This document shows positions 1 to 9,587 of a stretch of DNA of 64,000 nt, in pieces (position 1 is the first letter of the stretch; the number at the start of each line of letters is the position of its first letter). The notes beneath the pieces are model-generated. The model made no database searches. It saw only the letters and a program-made list of their open reading frames with translations, and was not told the DNA's origin. The stretch comes from an uncultured Muribaculum sp. (GTDB lineage Bacteria > Bacteroidota > Bacteroidia > Bacteroidales > Muribaculaceae), in assembly GCF_910583865.1 (NCBI RefSeq), contig NZ_CAJTYX010000007.1, positions 12,588-76,587 on the forward strand, read 5' to 3'. A program made the position numbers and the translations under genes.

Positions 1-476
1 CGGGCGAGGTCGGCGGCATTGTCGACAAACATGTCGCCGCTGGCTATGAGCCCACGGTGGAGGTGCGGCAGGGTATCGAGCACGGGGAGGCCGATCACCT
101 CGGATGCGCCCTCGAAGAACCGCGGCATACCCTGGATCTGCCCGCGCTCGGCGCACGGTCCGCACCACACGTCGTGGTAGGCCGTCCGCTCGCCCACCAC
201 CACGTCCATCACCTTTGCGTCGGAGCCTGTGCCTCCGGCCACACCGGTGTTTATCACGAGGTCGGGGGTGAACGCGTCGATCAGCGAGGCCGTGCCGAGT
301 GCGGCGTTGACCTTGCCTATCCCGCTCTGCATGGCGGCTACGGTGTGGCGGCCGCCTGACATGGTGCCGGTGTGGAGCACTCCCCCTGTAGGCAGCATGG
401 TCTCGGTGCGGCCGTCGATGTGGGGCAGCAGCAGTTCGAGTTCCTTGCCCATGGCTACTATTATACCTATCTTCAT
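1..476 (-). CDS. mtnN: 5'-methylthioadenosine/S-adenosylhomocysteine nucleosidase (3' end outside window)
   Basis: Manual minus-strand translation from ATG at 476: MKIGIIVAMGKELELL...QSGIGKVNAA...PDLVINTGVAGG...YHDVWCG...GLIASGDMFV, which are typical MtnN/Pfs motifs. Not in the ORF track because it is truncated. Confidence 0.92.
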   Translation of the reverse strand, partial: MKIGIIVAMGKELELLLPHIDGRTETMLPTGGVLHTGTMSGGRHTVAAMQSGIGKVNAALGTASLIDAFTPDLVINTGVAGGTGSDAKVMDVVVGERTAYHDVWCGPCAERGQIQGMPRFFEGASEVIGLPVLDTLPHLHRGLIASGDMFVDNAADLA

Positions 477-502
477 AATTGGCGGATTGTCTTTTTGATT
501 GA

Positions 503-592
503 TGCAAAGATACGAATAAGTCGAGAGAAAAGGACATGCTTGCATGTCCTTTTCCGAGCGTGAGTATCTAAGGCGGTAGCCAAAGGTAGTGA
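503..592 (-). repeat. Dispersed ~85-bp hairpin element bracketed by TAnnTTTG promoter motifs, upstream of mtnN
   Basis: Central palindrome gaaaaggacatgc-tt-gcatgtccttttc. The minus strand carries TACCTTTG and TATCTTTG at the two ends. A homologous copy lies at ~20480-20565. Confidence 0.65.
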
Positions 593-610
593 AATTTTCA
601 AGAAGGATGG

Positions 611-697
611 TAGGGGCAATAGGGGGAATAAGGCCAATTAGTGCAATAGTATCAATAAGACTAATTAGACCAATAAGACTGATTAGGCTAATTAGCT
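611..697. repeat. Degenerate 9-bp tandem array (aagactaat/tagaccaat type)
   Basis: ...aaggccaat tagtgcaat agtatcaat aagactaat tagaccaat aagactgat taggctaat... Confidence 0.8.
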
Positions 698-712
698 CGC
701 TCCCTAAATGGA

Positions 713-743
713 AGCGCCGTGTCGACGGGGTCGGCACGGCGCT
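713..743 (-). terminator. GC-rich hairpin downstream of the SusC/D operon
   Basis: agcgccgtg...cacggcgct inverted repeat just past the stop at 768. Confidence 0.6.
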
Positions 744-767
744 GGGTCTGTAGTCCTTTTGGGGGAT

Positions 768-1640
768 TTATTCTGTCGGGAGGGTCAGGGTAAATACGTC
801 ATCATTTCCAACGTAGGTCCCCAATGTGCTGAATCCGAAGCAGATATTTTCCGCAGGGATGGTTATCACTCCGTCGGCATACTTGCCGACATATCCTTCT
901 CCTATTACAGTATCCGGGCTGTATCCTGCTCCGATGAAGTATTCGTAGAGAGAGCCATATACCAGATTTCCGCTGGAATTAAGCGCAAATCCAAGAGGAC
1001 TCTTCATTGCATATACCGCATCCGGATTGCTGTAGTTGAAACTGATATAGTGTGTTGGAGGATTACCTAAATACTCTGACCATGCCGACAAGGGATCAAC
1101 CATTCTGATCACTCCCTCGTCGATAAGTGATTTCTCTATGGTAACCTGTGCATCGGTCATCGGAGGCAGTCCGAACGCGGCAAGGAGGTTGCCGGTAAAC
1201 GAGCCGGTGCCGATAGATTTCCAGCGTGGAGGGGCTATGGTGAGTAGCAGTTCCGTACGGGAATAGAGATTTGCCGACTGGGGATCAATCGAGATATTCA
1301 CGTAATAGTCGGTGAGAGGGTCGAGCGCTGAAGGGGTGCATGACACACTAACCACGGCGTCTTTTTCTCCGGCCGCGAAGCTAACACTATTGGTGACGGT
1401 AAACAGTCCCGACTCGTCCTCTACTTTAAGTGCCACTGTCTGGGGCGACGATGCATCGCTGCGGTGAATGGCGAAATCCCATGAACCGTTGTCCTCGGTT
1501 GCCGTCAGGGTCTGCTCGGGAGTGAGGTCAAAATAGCAGTCGCCTGTCTGCGGACCTGCCGTGAAGTCGTCGTCGCTGCATCCTGATATGATGCTCCCGA
1601 CTGTGGCGATGACGGCGATATTCAATAGAAACTTATTCAT
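768..1640 (-). CDS. SusC/D-associated surface lipoprotein
   Basis: Lipobox IISGC followed by acidic SDDD. Ig-like N-terminal domain. Third gene of the SusC-SusD operon. Confidence 0.75.
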   Translation of the reverse strand: MNKFLLNIAVIATVGSIISGCSDDDFTAGPQTGDCYFDLTPEQTLTATEDNGSWDFAIHRSDASSPQTVALKVEDESGLFTVTNSVSFAAGEKDAVVSVSCTPSALDPLTDYYVNISIDPQSANLYSRTELLLTIAPPRWKSIGTGSFTGNLLAAFGLPPMTDAQVTIEKSLIDEGVIRMVDPLSAWSEYLGNPPTHYISFNYSNPDAVYAMKSPLGFALNSSGNLVYGSLYEYFIGAGYSPDTVIGEGYVGKYADGVITIPAENICFGFSTLGTYVGNDDVFTLTLPTE

Positions 1641-1667
1641 TTTTAGATTTTCTTATTGGAATGGGAT

Positions 1668-3359
1668 TTAGAACGCGAATTCCGGGGAATCGCTTGTCGG
1701 CGGATTCATGTATACGGTGGGAATAATCGCGTAGTTGTAGATGGCGTCAGTTCCGCCTATGCAATAGTTCATCCATTGCGGTGTCTCGGTGAAGTTCCAG
1801 CGGTATCCTTCCAGGTGGTTTGAGCCGGCATAGCTGCGGATCATGCCTTTCTGAAGGCGCTTGATGTCGAACGTGGCCATGCCCTCGCCCCACAACTCGA
1901 CGCGACGCTGCCACCACACTTCATTGATAAAAGCAGATGTCTGGGTATTTCCGTAAGCCTCGTTGTGACGGCCATAGACGTAATCGGGGTCACGTGTCAG
2001 GGCGAATTCGGTGAGCTTGGCGATTCCGTTGCCTTCATTCTGGCGACCGATTGCCTCAATCTCGATGAGTTTCATCTCTTCCACGCGCATCATCGGCACG
2101 GCCACGCAGAATCCTACTTTGGCGTTGGAGCGTCCGGTTATACCGTCGCCGTCGCCGGGGTTGGGGCGGAATTTAACCGATATGCCGCCCTGCGCATATT
2201 CATAAGTGGATGGAACGACGATGGAGGCGAGCTCATCGGGATAGTCGGAATAGTTGGCGCAGATTTCCTCAGCTTCTTCCTGAGTCTGTGCGTCAGCAAT
2301 CGAGAAGTCAATCCACAGCTTCTTGCGGAAGTCGGAGGAAGGTATGGTCTGGTAAAGGTGATAGTCGATGAACAACGGGAATCCATAGTTGGAGGCGTAT
2401 CCGGCCATGCCGTCGCCGTGGAACATGTCCTGCACCATCCACGATCCCCACGAGGAGTCGGCGTCGTTGTCGAGGATATTGCTGTCGTCGGCCTTGAAGC
2501 GTGTCATGAGCATCCATGACGAGTTGGGAGAGTTGAAGCCGTTGATGCGGCTGAGATATTCATCCTGCGTCATCATAGCATAGCCGTCCTGTGCTTTCAC
2601 GGCAAACTCCTGTGCCAAGGCCCATTCGCCCATGTCGAGGTATGCGCGTGCTTTGAGTCCGTAGACTACCGACAGGTCGGGTGTGGTCTTGTCGTCGCGG
2701 GTGTAGCCGTCGAGCAGTCCCTCGGCTGTGTTTAGGTCGGAAATTATCTGCGCATAGATTTTCTCGTTGGTGGCGCGTGGATTGTTGGTTGATTCCTCGA
2801 CGGTGGTCTTTTCCGTCACGATAGGTACGGTAATGGCATTTTTGTCTGCTGTGTAAGGCTTTACTCCGTAGAGACGTGCGAGATCAAGGAAGTACAAGGC
2901 TCGCATGGCATATGCTATGCCTGTGCCTGCACGGTGGTTGGCGTTTATGTTGTCGCCTGCGAGTGCTATCGTCTCGTTGCAGCTTTTTATCCACCCCCAG
3001 TAGAGAGTCCATGTGAATTGGCAGCTGGCATATTCGGGACTTAACGCTATGCTGTACTGGATCCATGGATCCCACCAACCATTGGTGGCATGTGCGGCTA
3101 TGTCGTTGCCCAGCAGGTCGCGCGAAAGCATCATGGCGGAATATCCGAAGTCGTTGGCGTCGAATTCGCCTTTCTGCGAATAGAGGAACTTTCCTGAAAG
3201 GTCTCCTGTGATTCCTTTGACGAAGTTGTCGAATGAGCCGGGTGCGTTGGCTGCCTGGTCTTTCGATACATAATCGGTGGCCGGCATCGTCTCCTCGATG
3301 CAGCCTGTGCTGAACAGGAGTGACGAGATGGCAGCCGTCGTATATAGTAATTTGTTCAT
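1668..3359 (-). CDS. RagB/SusD family nutrient uptake lipoprotein
   Basis: Lipobox STGC; AYAMRALYFLDLARLY, YGLKARAYL, MRVEEMKLIEIEA and WQRRVELWGEG motifs. Confidence 0.95.
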   Translation of the reverse strand: MNKLLYTTAAISSLLFSTGCIEETMPATDYVSKDQAANAPGSFDNFVKGITGDLSGKFLYSQKGEFDANDFGYSAMMLSRDLLGNDIAAHATNGWWDPWIQYSIALSPEYASCQFTWTLYWGWIKSCNETIALAGDNINANHRAGTGIAYAMRALYFLDLARLYGVKPYTADKNAITVPIVTEKTTVEESTNNPRATNEKIYAQIISDLNTAEGLLDGYTRDDKTTPDLSVVYGLKARAYLDMGEWALAQEFAVKAQDGYAMMTQDEYLSRINGFNSPNSSWMLMTRFKADDSNILDNDADSSWGSWMVQDMFHGDGMAGYASNYGFPLFIDYHLYQTIPSSDFRKKLWIDFSIADAQTQEEAEEICANYSDYPDELASIVVPSTYEYAQGGISVKFRPNPGDGDGITGRSNAKVGFCVAVPMMRVEEMKLIEIEAIGRQNEGNGIAKLTEFALTRDPDYVYGRHNEAYGNTQTSAFINEVWWQRRVELWGEGMATFDIKRLQKGMIRSYAGSNHLEGYRWNFTETPQWMNYCIGGTDAIYNYAIIPTVYMNPPTSDSPEFAF

Positions 3360-3387
3360 GTTAAATCGTGTTGAAGTGGCGGATGTG

Positions 3388-6300
3388 TTAGAAAACGACC
3401 TGTACGCCGCCCGAAATGTTGCGCGAGGGCGAGTAGGGGGTCATGCCGTTGTTGCCGGAATACGAGTAGCGTGGATCCAATCCCTTGCGGGCCGACCAGA
3501 AGCATAGGTTCTCACCCATTACGTAGACCCTTATCTTGGAAATTTCGTTCCAGAATTTAGGCAGGGTATATCCTACCGTGAACGACTGGAAATTGAGATA
3601 GCGGGCTGAAGTGAGGAATCGGTCGGAGCTGATGGATGAGCCTTGTGAGAATGTTCCGTATTCCCATCGTGGAATGTTGCTTGATGTGTTCGACGGATTC
3701 CATGCGTTGGCCCAGTCCTTGTGGAAGTTCTGTCCGGCCTTGTTGGCGGTGGTGGGAGGCGTCATCAGCATCTGGTACTGGTAGTCGTAGACCTTTCCGC
3801 CAAGCTGGAAATCGAACTGGACGGAAGCGTCGAAGCTGCCTACGCGTAACGAAGATCCGAAACCGCCCGTCAGGGCCGGGAGCATCGATTTGGTGGCGTA
3901 GCTCGGGGCGAGGCTGCTGTCGGTCGTCGTGCCGTCCATCTTTGTAGCCGGGCTGCGCTGCTGTGTGTTGGCCATGTCAATCGACGAGTCGGTGTAGTAC
4001 AGGGCCTGTCCCTCGCTGTTCACGCCGGCATACTTGGGCAGATATGCACAGTATAGCGACTTGCCTTCCTGGTACCAGGTAGGGTAGAGGTACTCTGAGT
4101 TCTGCGAGTCGGAGAATCCGCCATAGAGCTTCTTGCTTTCCGGGAGTTTGAGGATTTTTGACTCGTTGTGTGAGAAGTTTAGGTTGGCGCTCCAGTCGAT
4201 CAGCTTGCTGCGGATGATGGCCCCGTTGAGCACGACTTCGACGCCGGCGTTGCGGATGTTGCCGATGTTGTCATAGTAGCCTCGCGAGCCGTTGCTTTCC
4301 GGGATGTTGAGCCAGAAAAGCAGGTCGGTGGTGCGCTTGTAGTAGAGGTCGATGCTTCCGTTGAGACGGTGGTCGAACAGCTCGAACTCTACGCCGCCGT
4401 TCCAGTTGGTGGTTGTCTCCCAGGTGATGTCCTTGTTGCCGAGCAGACGCAAGGATGCCGACATGTGTTTGTCGTCGATAGGGGTGATGTCGTAGGTGTT
4501 GGTGTAGGCATAGTCAATGATGCCGTCGTTGCCCTGCTGGCCAACGGATGCCTTTACTTTCAGCATGTCGATCCATCCCAGGTCCTGGAAGAAGTCCTCG
4601 GTGACGATCCACGCGAGACCTATCGACCAGAAGTTGCCCCAGCGGTTCTTCTTGGCGAATCGCGAGGAAGCGTCGCGGCGATACGACACGCTTGCGAAGT
4701 ACTTGTTGTCGTAGTCATACTGGCCGCGGACGAAGTATCCTTCGACGTTGTACACGCTCTTGCTGCTGCCGTTGGTCTCTTTCTTGGCAAATGCGTTCAG
4801 CTCAAGGATGTCGGGAGAGAATGCTCCTGTGGCGCGTCCCATGAGTATGTGGCGTTCGCTGCGGTAGTATTCGTGGCCGAGGAGGGCATTCACATGGTGC
4901 TTGTCGAAATTGTTGAAGTAGGTTATCGTCTGGATATTGTTGGTGCGCACGTCGGTGGTGGTGGTCTTTTTCAGTTCGCCGTTGACGCTCTGCTTGGATC
5001 CCATGAGACTGTTGCCGTATTCGCTAAGCTCGTTTTCTCCCCATGTCACGCTGCTGACGATGTTGGCCTTCAGGTAGGGGGTAAAAGTGAAGTCGGCTGT
5101 GAAATTGCCGTTGAACTGGTTGAACAGTGCCTGGTTGACATTGTAGACATTCGAGCCGATAGGGTTGCCGTTGCCTCCGAACGGACGCGTCAGGCCGTAG
5201 TACTGGTCGCTGTTGACTACGCCGAAGTCATAGATCTGGCGTCCTTCCTCGTCGAGCTTGATCATGGGTCGTCCGTCGGGTCCGATCACACGCACGTAGC
5301 ATGGATAGATCGGGGCGATGAGGTCGGTGTAATAGGCTACGTTGTCGGCGCCGTAGGTGGTGCCCGACAGTCCGGGATTGGACGTGGTCTTGGAGTGGAC
5401 GTATCCGGCGTTGATTCCGAGAGTCAGCCATTTCTTGGCCTGGAAGTCGCCCTTGAAGCGCGCTGTGAGGCGTTCATATCCGGAATGTTTCAGCACGCCC
5501 TCCTCGTCCAGATAGCCGAGTGAGGCGTAGTATGAGCCTCTTTCAGTGCCGCCGTTTACGTTGACGTTGTACTCCTGCCTGAATCCGTTGCGGTAGGCGA
5601 GGTCGTCCCAGTTGTCGGGAGTGAGGTACATTTCCTGTCCCTTATACTCCATCGTGCGCCCAAGCCGGGCATTGGGGTTGAGTTTGCCGTTCTGGCCGAT
5701 GAGTGTCTGGCCTGCGGGCACGTCGTAGACATTGTAGTAAAGCTGCTGGAGCATGCCTCGGTTGGCGTTGACATATGCGTTCATGGGGCTTTGTCCCATG
5801 GAGTGGTTGTAGTAGTTGTACATCGCCTGGTAGTACGCCTCATAGTATTCGCCCGGTTCGGTGATCATGTCGTACTTCTGCACGGCGCGTGAGTTGGCGC
5901 CCCAACGTGCGTCGAGCGACACTTTCGCTTGCTTGGCGTCGCCTTTCTTGGTGGTGATGATGATGACGCCTGCCGCGCCGCGTGCGCCGTAGAGGGCGGC
6001 CGAGGCGGCATCCTTGAGCACGGTGATTGATTCGATGTCACCCTGCGGTATGGTGGAAAGGTTGACGGGGTAGGGGGAACCGTCGACTATCACAAGCGGG
6101 TCGGTCGAGCCATACATCGACGCGATACCTCGGATGTTGATTTTTCCGTCGTCGGTGCCCGGGGCGCCGGAGCCGCCGCGCATCTGCAGGCCGGCCACGT
6201 TGCCCACAAGCGCGTTGGCTACGTTGGTGGTCAGGTGCTTGCCGAGTTCCTCCGAATTAAGCACGGCAGCCGATCCGGTAAATGCCGATTTCTTGGCTGT

Positions 6301-6627
6301 GCCGAATGCCACGGCGATCACCTCGTCGAGCATGTTCGCGCTGTTTAGCTCGATGCGCATCTCGCCGGGAGTGATGGCGGCCTCTTTGGTCTGCATCCCT
6401 ACGTACGACACTTTGATGTGCTTGACGCTCTCGGGCAGCGATAGGGAGAACTGTCCGTCGATGTCTGTGGCGGTGCCGTCGGTGGTGCCTGCTCCCATCA
6501 CGGTCGCACCCACCAGAGGCTCTCCGTCCTCAGCGCTTACCACGATGCCCTTGACTGTGCGGTTGGCCGCAACGGCTGTCAGGCAGAGCGCAAAAAACGC
6601 TGTTAGAAAAAAAACGATTCTTTTCAT
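3388..6627 (-). CDS. SusC/RagA family TonB-dependent outer membrane transporter
   Basis: Signal peptide from MKRIVFF (ATG 6627); IESITVLKDAASAALYGARGAAGVIIITTK; WETT motif; C-terminal Phe. Confidence 0.96.
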   Translation of the reverse strand: MKRIVFFLTAFFALCLTAVAANRTVKGIVVSAEDGEPLVGATVMGAGTTDGTATDIDGQFSLSLPESVKHIKVSYVGMQTKEAAITPGEMRIELNSANMLDEVIAVAFGTAKKSAFTGSAAVLNSEELGKHLTTNVANALVGNVAGLQMRGGSGAPGTDDGKINIRGIASMYGSTDPLVIVDGSPYPVNLSTIPQGDIESITVLKDAASAALYGARGAAGVIIITTKKGDAKQAKVSLDARWGANSRAVQKYDMITEPGEYYEAYYQAMYNYYNHSMGQSPMNAYVNANRGMLQQLYYNVYDVPAGQTLIGQNGKLNPNARLGRTMEYKGQEMYLTPDNWDDLAYRNGFRQEYNVNVNGGTERGSYYASLGYLDEEGVLKHSGYERLTARFKGDFQAKKWLTLGINAGYVHSKTTSNPGLSGTTYGADNVAYYTDLIAPIYPCYVRVIGPDGRPMIKLDEEGRQIYDFGVVNSDQYYGLTRPFGGNGNPIGSNVYNVNQALFNQFNGNFTADFTFTPYLKANIVSSVTWGENELSEYGNSLMGSKQSVNGELKKTTTTDVRTNNIQTITYFNNFDKHHVNALLGHEYYRSERHILMGRATGAFSPDILELNAFAKKETNGSSKSVYNVEGYFVRGQYDYDNKYFASVSYRRDASSRFAKKNRWGNFWSIGLAWIVTEDFFQDLGWIDMLKVKASVGQQGNDGIIDYAYTNTYDITPIDDKHMSASLRLLGNKDITWETTTNWNGGVEFELFDHRLNGSIDLYYKRTTDLLFWLNIPESNGSRGYYDNIGNIRNAGVEVVLNGAIIRSKLIDWSANLNFSHNESKILKLPESKKLYGGFSDSQNSEYLYPTWYQEGKSLYCAYLPKYAGVNSEGQALYYTDSSIDMANTQQRSPATKMDGTTTDSSLAPSYATKSMLPALTGGFGSSLRVGSFDASVQFDFQLGGKVYDYQYQMLMTPPTTANKAGQNFHKDWANAWNPSNTSSNIPRWEYGTFSQGSSISSDRFLTSARYLNFQSFTVGYTLPKFWNEISKIRVYVMGENLCFWSARKGLDPRYSYSGNNGMTPYSPSRNISGGVQVVF

Positions 6628-6771
6628 ACTTTGTAACTGTAAGACTTTAATATGGACTAACTTAAAATGATGTGAATCCTTGGATTGCTGCCGGAGCGTG
6701 TCGGCGTTGCCACTGCCGTGGCATGGTGGCATTTTGTTCGATTTGCGGCCTTTTCTATGTGAATCAGGATG

Positions 6772-6779
6772 CAAAGTTA
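6772..6779 (-). promoter_or_regulatory. Bacteroidetes -7 promoter element TAACTTTG
   Basis: caaagtta on the + strand, ~145 bp upstream of the susC ATG. Confidence 0.6.
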
Positions 6780-7037
6780 CAGGATTTCACTTCACAAAAC
6801 AAAATTTAACTATAAAAAGATTAACCCGATGCAAAAAAAAATACACCAAAATCGCACGCCGCCCTCGGTCGGACAATCAGGCAGTCCGACCCGTCTGGGC
6901 TGCCAGACTCGTCCGACCGGCCCTGGCCGGACGCCGACCTCTCCAATTACGCCTCCGGAAGTCCTTATCCTGACGGTCTTTCACTTAAAACTGTTAAAAA
7001 GCTCACGAAATCATTCGAATTAACAAATATTAACAAC

Positions 7038-7076
7038 GGGGGGGGGTAGTTTTTCTCGTTTTAATTACTAACTTTG
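7038..7076 (+). promoter_or_regulatory. Pilus-operon promoter: G9 tract plus -7 element TAACTTTG (7069-7076)
   Basis: ggggggggg at 7038-7046, then taactttg upstream of the ATG at 7239. Confidence 0.6.
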
Positions 7077-7238
7077 TAGTCCTTTAAGTACCAAAGGATT
7101 GGTTTGTCTGAAACCCTGTCTGCCCCGGTGCATTAATGGTCGCCTTGTACATAGGTTATGACAAATTGAAAGGCGATGTAATGGAAAAAAAGTGTAAGGC
7201 CCGGAAGCTTCCCGCCTGCAAATATAGTAACGTATGAT

Positions 7239-7841
7239 ATGAAAAAGCATATTCGACATATCTTGTCGGTGGTAGTCGCGCTGATCGCGGGCGCGGTTGC
7301 CGCAGAGGCTCAGCTGGCTGTCAAGAACAACCTGCTGTATGATATGACCACCACCCCCAACATCGGCCTGGAATACGGACTGGGCCACCGCTCGACCGTG
7401 AATCTCGTCTACGGACTCAATCCCTGGAGCTTCTCCGGAGGCGACCGCAAGGTAAAGCACTGGGTGCTCATGCCCGAGTACCGATGGTGGCTCTGCTCGC
7501 GTTTCAACGGACACTTCATCGGCGTGCATGCCCTCGGCGGACAGTACAACGCCTCCCACGTCAACCTCCCCATACCCGGAGCGTTCTTCTCCGGCGAGAA
7601 CCTGCGCAGCGGGGTCAAGGACTACCGCTACCAGGGCGGATTCGTCGGCGCCGGCGCCACCTACGGATACCAATGGATACTCTCGCGCCACTGGAACATC
7701 GAGGCCGAGGTCGGTGTGGGCTACGCACGCGTCTGGTATGACAAATACGCCTGCGGGGAGTGTGGCGCGAAGCTTGCCGACGGGGCCACCAACTACTTCG
7801 GAATCACCAAGCTCGGCATATCATTCCTCTACCTCTTCTAA
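7239..7841 (+). CDS. DUF3575-type outer-membrane beta-barrel protein
   Basis: AVKNNLLYD...PNIGLE, PEYRWW, YGYQWILSRHWNIEAEVGVGY, terminal YLF; usual first gene of Bacteroidales type V pilus loci. Confidence 0.9.
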   Translation: MKKHIRHILSVVVALIAGAVAAEAQLAVKNNLLYDMTTTPNIGLEYGLGHRSTVNLVYGLNPWSFSGGDRKVKHWVLMPEYRWWLCSRFNGHFIGVHALGGQYNASHVNLPIPGAFFSGENLRSGVKDYRYQGGFVGAGATYGYQWILSRHWNIEAEVGVGYARVWYDKYACGECGAKLADGATNYFGITKLGISFLYLF

Positions 7842-7859
7842 TCCACCATCGCCATCGTC

Positions 7860-9338
7860 ATGAAACGCTACATACATAAATGTAAAGCACTCCTCCTCGC
7901 CGCCATGTTCCCGCTTTCGGCCATCGCCGCCGACCTCCCCTCGGCAGGGATCGCGCGCAACATCGACCTCCACCGCGCGGGTCCAGACATGCGCCTCGCC
8001 CTCGACCTCGTGCTCGACTCCCTCCGCCTTGGCGCGGACCACCAGATCTACGTTACCCCGATGATCAACGCCGGCACGGCCGACTCGTCGCGGGTGGCCC
8101 TCCCCACCGTCCTCATCAACGGGCGCAACATGCACTACGCCTACGAGCGCGGCTCGCTCCGGCGCGACATCGTCGACTCCTACGACCTCGCCGCCGAAGT
8201 GTGGCGCCACAACGGACGCCCGCAGACCTACGCCTACGCCCACGCCACACCCATGCGCCGCTGGATGTTCGGCCCGAAGGCGTTCCTCTCGATCGTCTAC
8301 GACACATGCGGCTGCGGCCTCCCCGCCGGACGCGAGATCGTGCGCATACCACTCGGCCTCACACCCCACCCGCGCGCGGCCTACATCACCCCCGAGGTCA
8401 CCGACCTCCCCGTGCAGATCCACGAGGGCCAGGCGCGCGTGCAGTTCGAGGTCGACCGCACTGAGCTACACCCCGAGCCATATAAATGCCGCAACGGGCA
8501 GCGCATCGACAACCGCGAGCAGCTCGCCATCATCTACGACTCCATACGCTACGCCACCTCCGACCCGCGCGTGGAGATAGCCCGCATCGACATCTGCGGC
8601 TACGCTTCGCCCGAGTCGCCCTACCACCACAACGATTACCTCGCCACAAACCGCTCCCGCGCCCTCTCCGAATACATAGGGGAGCGCTTCAGCCTCCCCG
8701 CCGACCGCTGCACCTACAGCGCCGTGCCCGAGAACTGGGGCGAGTTCCGCGAGATGGTCGTAGCCTCCGACGAGATCACACCCAAGCAGCGCGCCGACCT
8801 CCTGGAGCTGATCGACGCCCCCGCCTACGGCCCGTCGGACTACGACGCAAAGGAGCGCACACTAAAGACCGACCCGCGATTCGCCTCGCTCTACCGCTCG
8901 CTGATCCTCCCCAAATGGTTCCCGCGCCTGCGTGCCACCAAGTTCGCCATATCCACGCGCCTCAAGCCGATGTCCGACCAACAGCTCGCCGCCATCATCG
9001 AGACCGACCCCCAGCTCATGTCGCTCAACCAGATGTTCCGCGTGGCGCGCCTCTACCCCGAAGGCTCCCCCGAGTTCAACCGCGTCATCGACATAGCCCT
9101 CAAATACTATCCGCAGTCGCCCGTCGCCAACCTTAATGCCGCCGTCGCAGCCATCGCCGAAGGCGACTACGACCGTGCCGACCGCCTCCTTGAGAGCGCC
9201 GGCGACTCCCCCGAGGCATACAATGCACGCGGAGTGGTGGCCACCCACCGTGGCGACTTCGACGCAGCCCGCACACTCTTCGAGCGCGCGGCACCCCACC
9301 TAAAGGAGGCCGCCCGCAACCTCGACGAGCTCCCCTGA
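7860..9338 (+). CDS. DUF3868 / OmpA-like / TPR protein
   Basis: N-terminal LPTVLINGR, OmpA-like ICGYASPES...NDYLATNRSRAL, ENWGEF, and C-terminal TPRs (ANLNAA...AYNARGV). Confidence 0.88.
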   Translation: MKRYIHKCKALLLAAMFPLSAIAADLPSAGIARNIDLHRAGPDMRLALDLVLDSLRLGADHQIYVTPMINAGTADSSRVALPTVLINGRNMHYAYERGSLRRDIVDSYDLAAEVWRHNGRPQTYAYAHATPMRRWMFGPKAFLSIVYDTCGCGLPAGREIVRIPLGLTPHPRAAYITPEVTDLPVQIHEGQARVQFEVDRTELHPEPYKCRNGQRIDNREQLAIIYDSIRYATSDPRVEIARIDICGYASPESPYHHNDYLATNRSRALSEYIGERFSLPADRCTYSAVPENWGEFREMVVASDEITPKQRADLLELIDAPAYGPSDYDAKERTLKTDPRFASLYRSLILPKWFPRLRATKFAISTRLKPMSDQQLAAIIETDPQLMSLNQMFRVARLYPEGSPEFNRVIDIALKYYPQSPVANLNAAVAAIAEGDYDRADRLLESAGDSPEAYNARGVVATHRGDFDAARTLFERAAPHLKEAARNLDELP

Positions 9339-9345
9339 CCCTCCC

Positions 9346-9462
9346 CCCTCACCCATCGATCCCTCTCGACCCTCACCCATCGATCCCTCTCGACCCTCAC
9401 CCCTCCTGCTCCCTCTCCGTCAGCCTTGTCTGACCTGTCCGACCGGTCTGACTTGTCCGACA
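9346..9462. repeat. 24-bp tandem repeat (ccctcacccatcgatccctctcga x2) followed by a tgtccgac 9-bp array
   Basis: Directly visible between the OmpA and major pilin genes. Confidence 0.8.
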
Positions 9463-9587
9463 CACCGCTGACTGTCGCTCCCCCAATCATATTCCCTCTC
9501 CCCTCCACGTAGCCTCAATGGCAGCTCCTCCAACCCTTCCATTCTCCAAAAGAACAAAATCAATCAAACACATAATTCTTTATTCAC

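Noticed and set aside
57..563. Plus-strand ORFs 57..359, 229..498, 372..563
   Set aside because: Shadows of the minus-strand mtnN gene, which the ORF track missed.
6607..6614. A8 tract in the susC signal-peptide region as a phase switch
   Set aside because: Short A/T runs encoding Phe-Phe are common and are weak evidence.
6628..6774. 49-aa N-terminal extension of SusC
   Set aside because: The ORF-track start overlaps the -7 promoter element; the signal peptide begins at ATG 6627.
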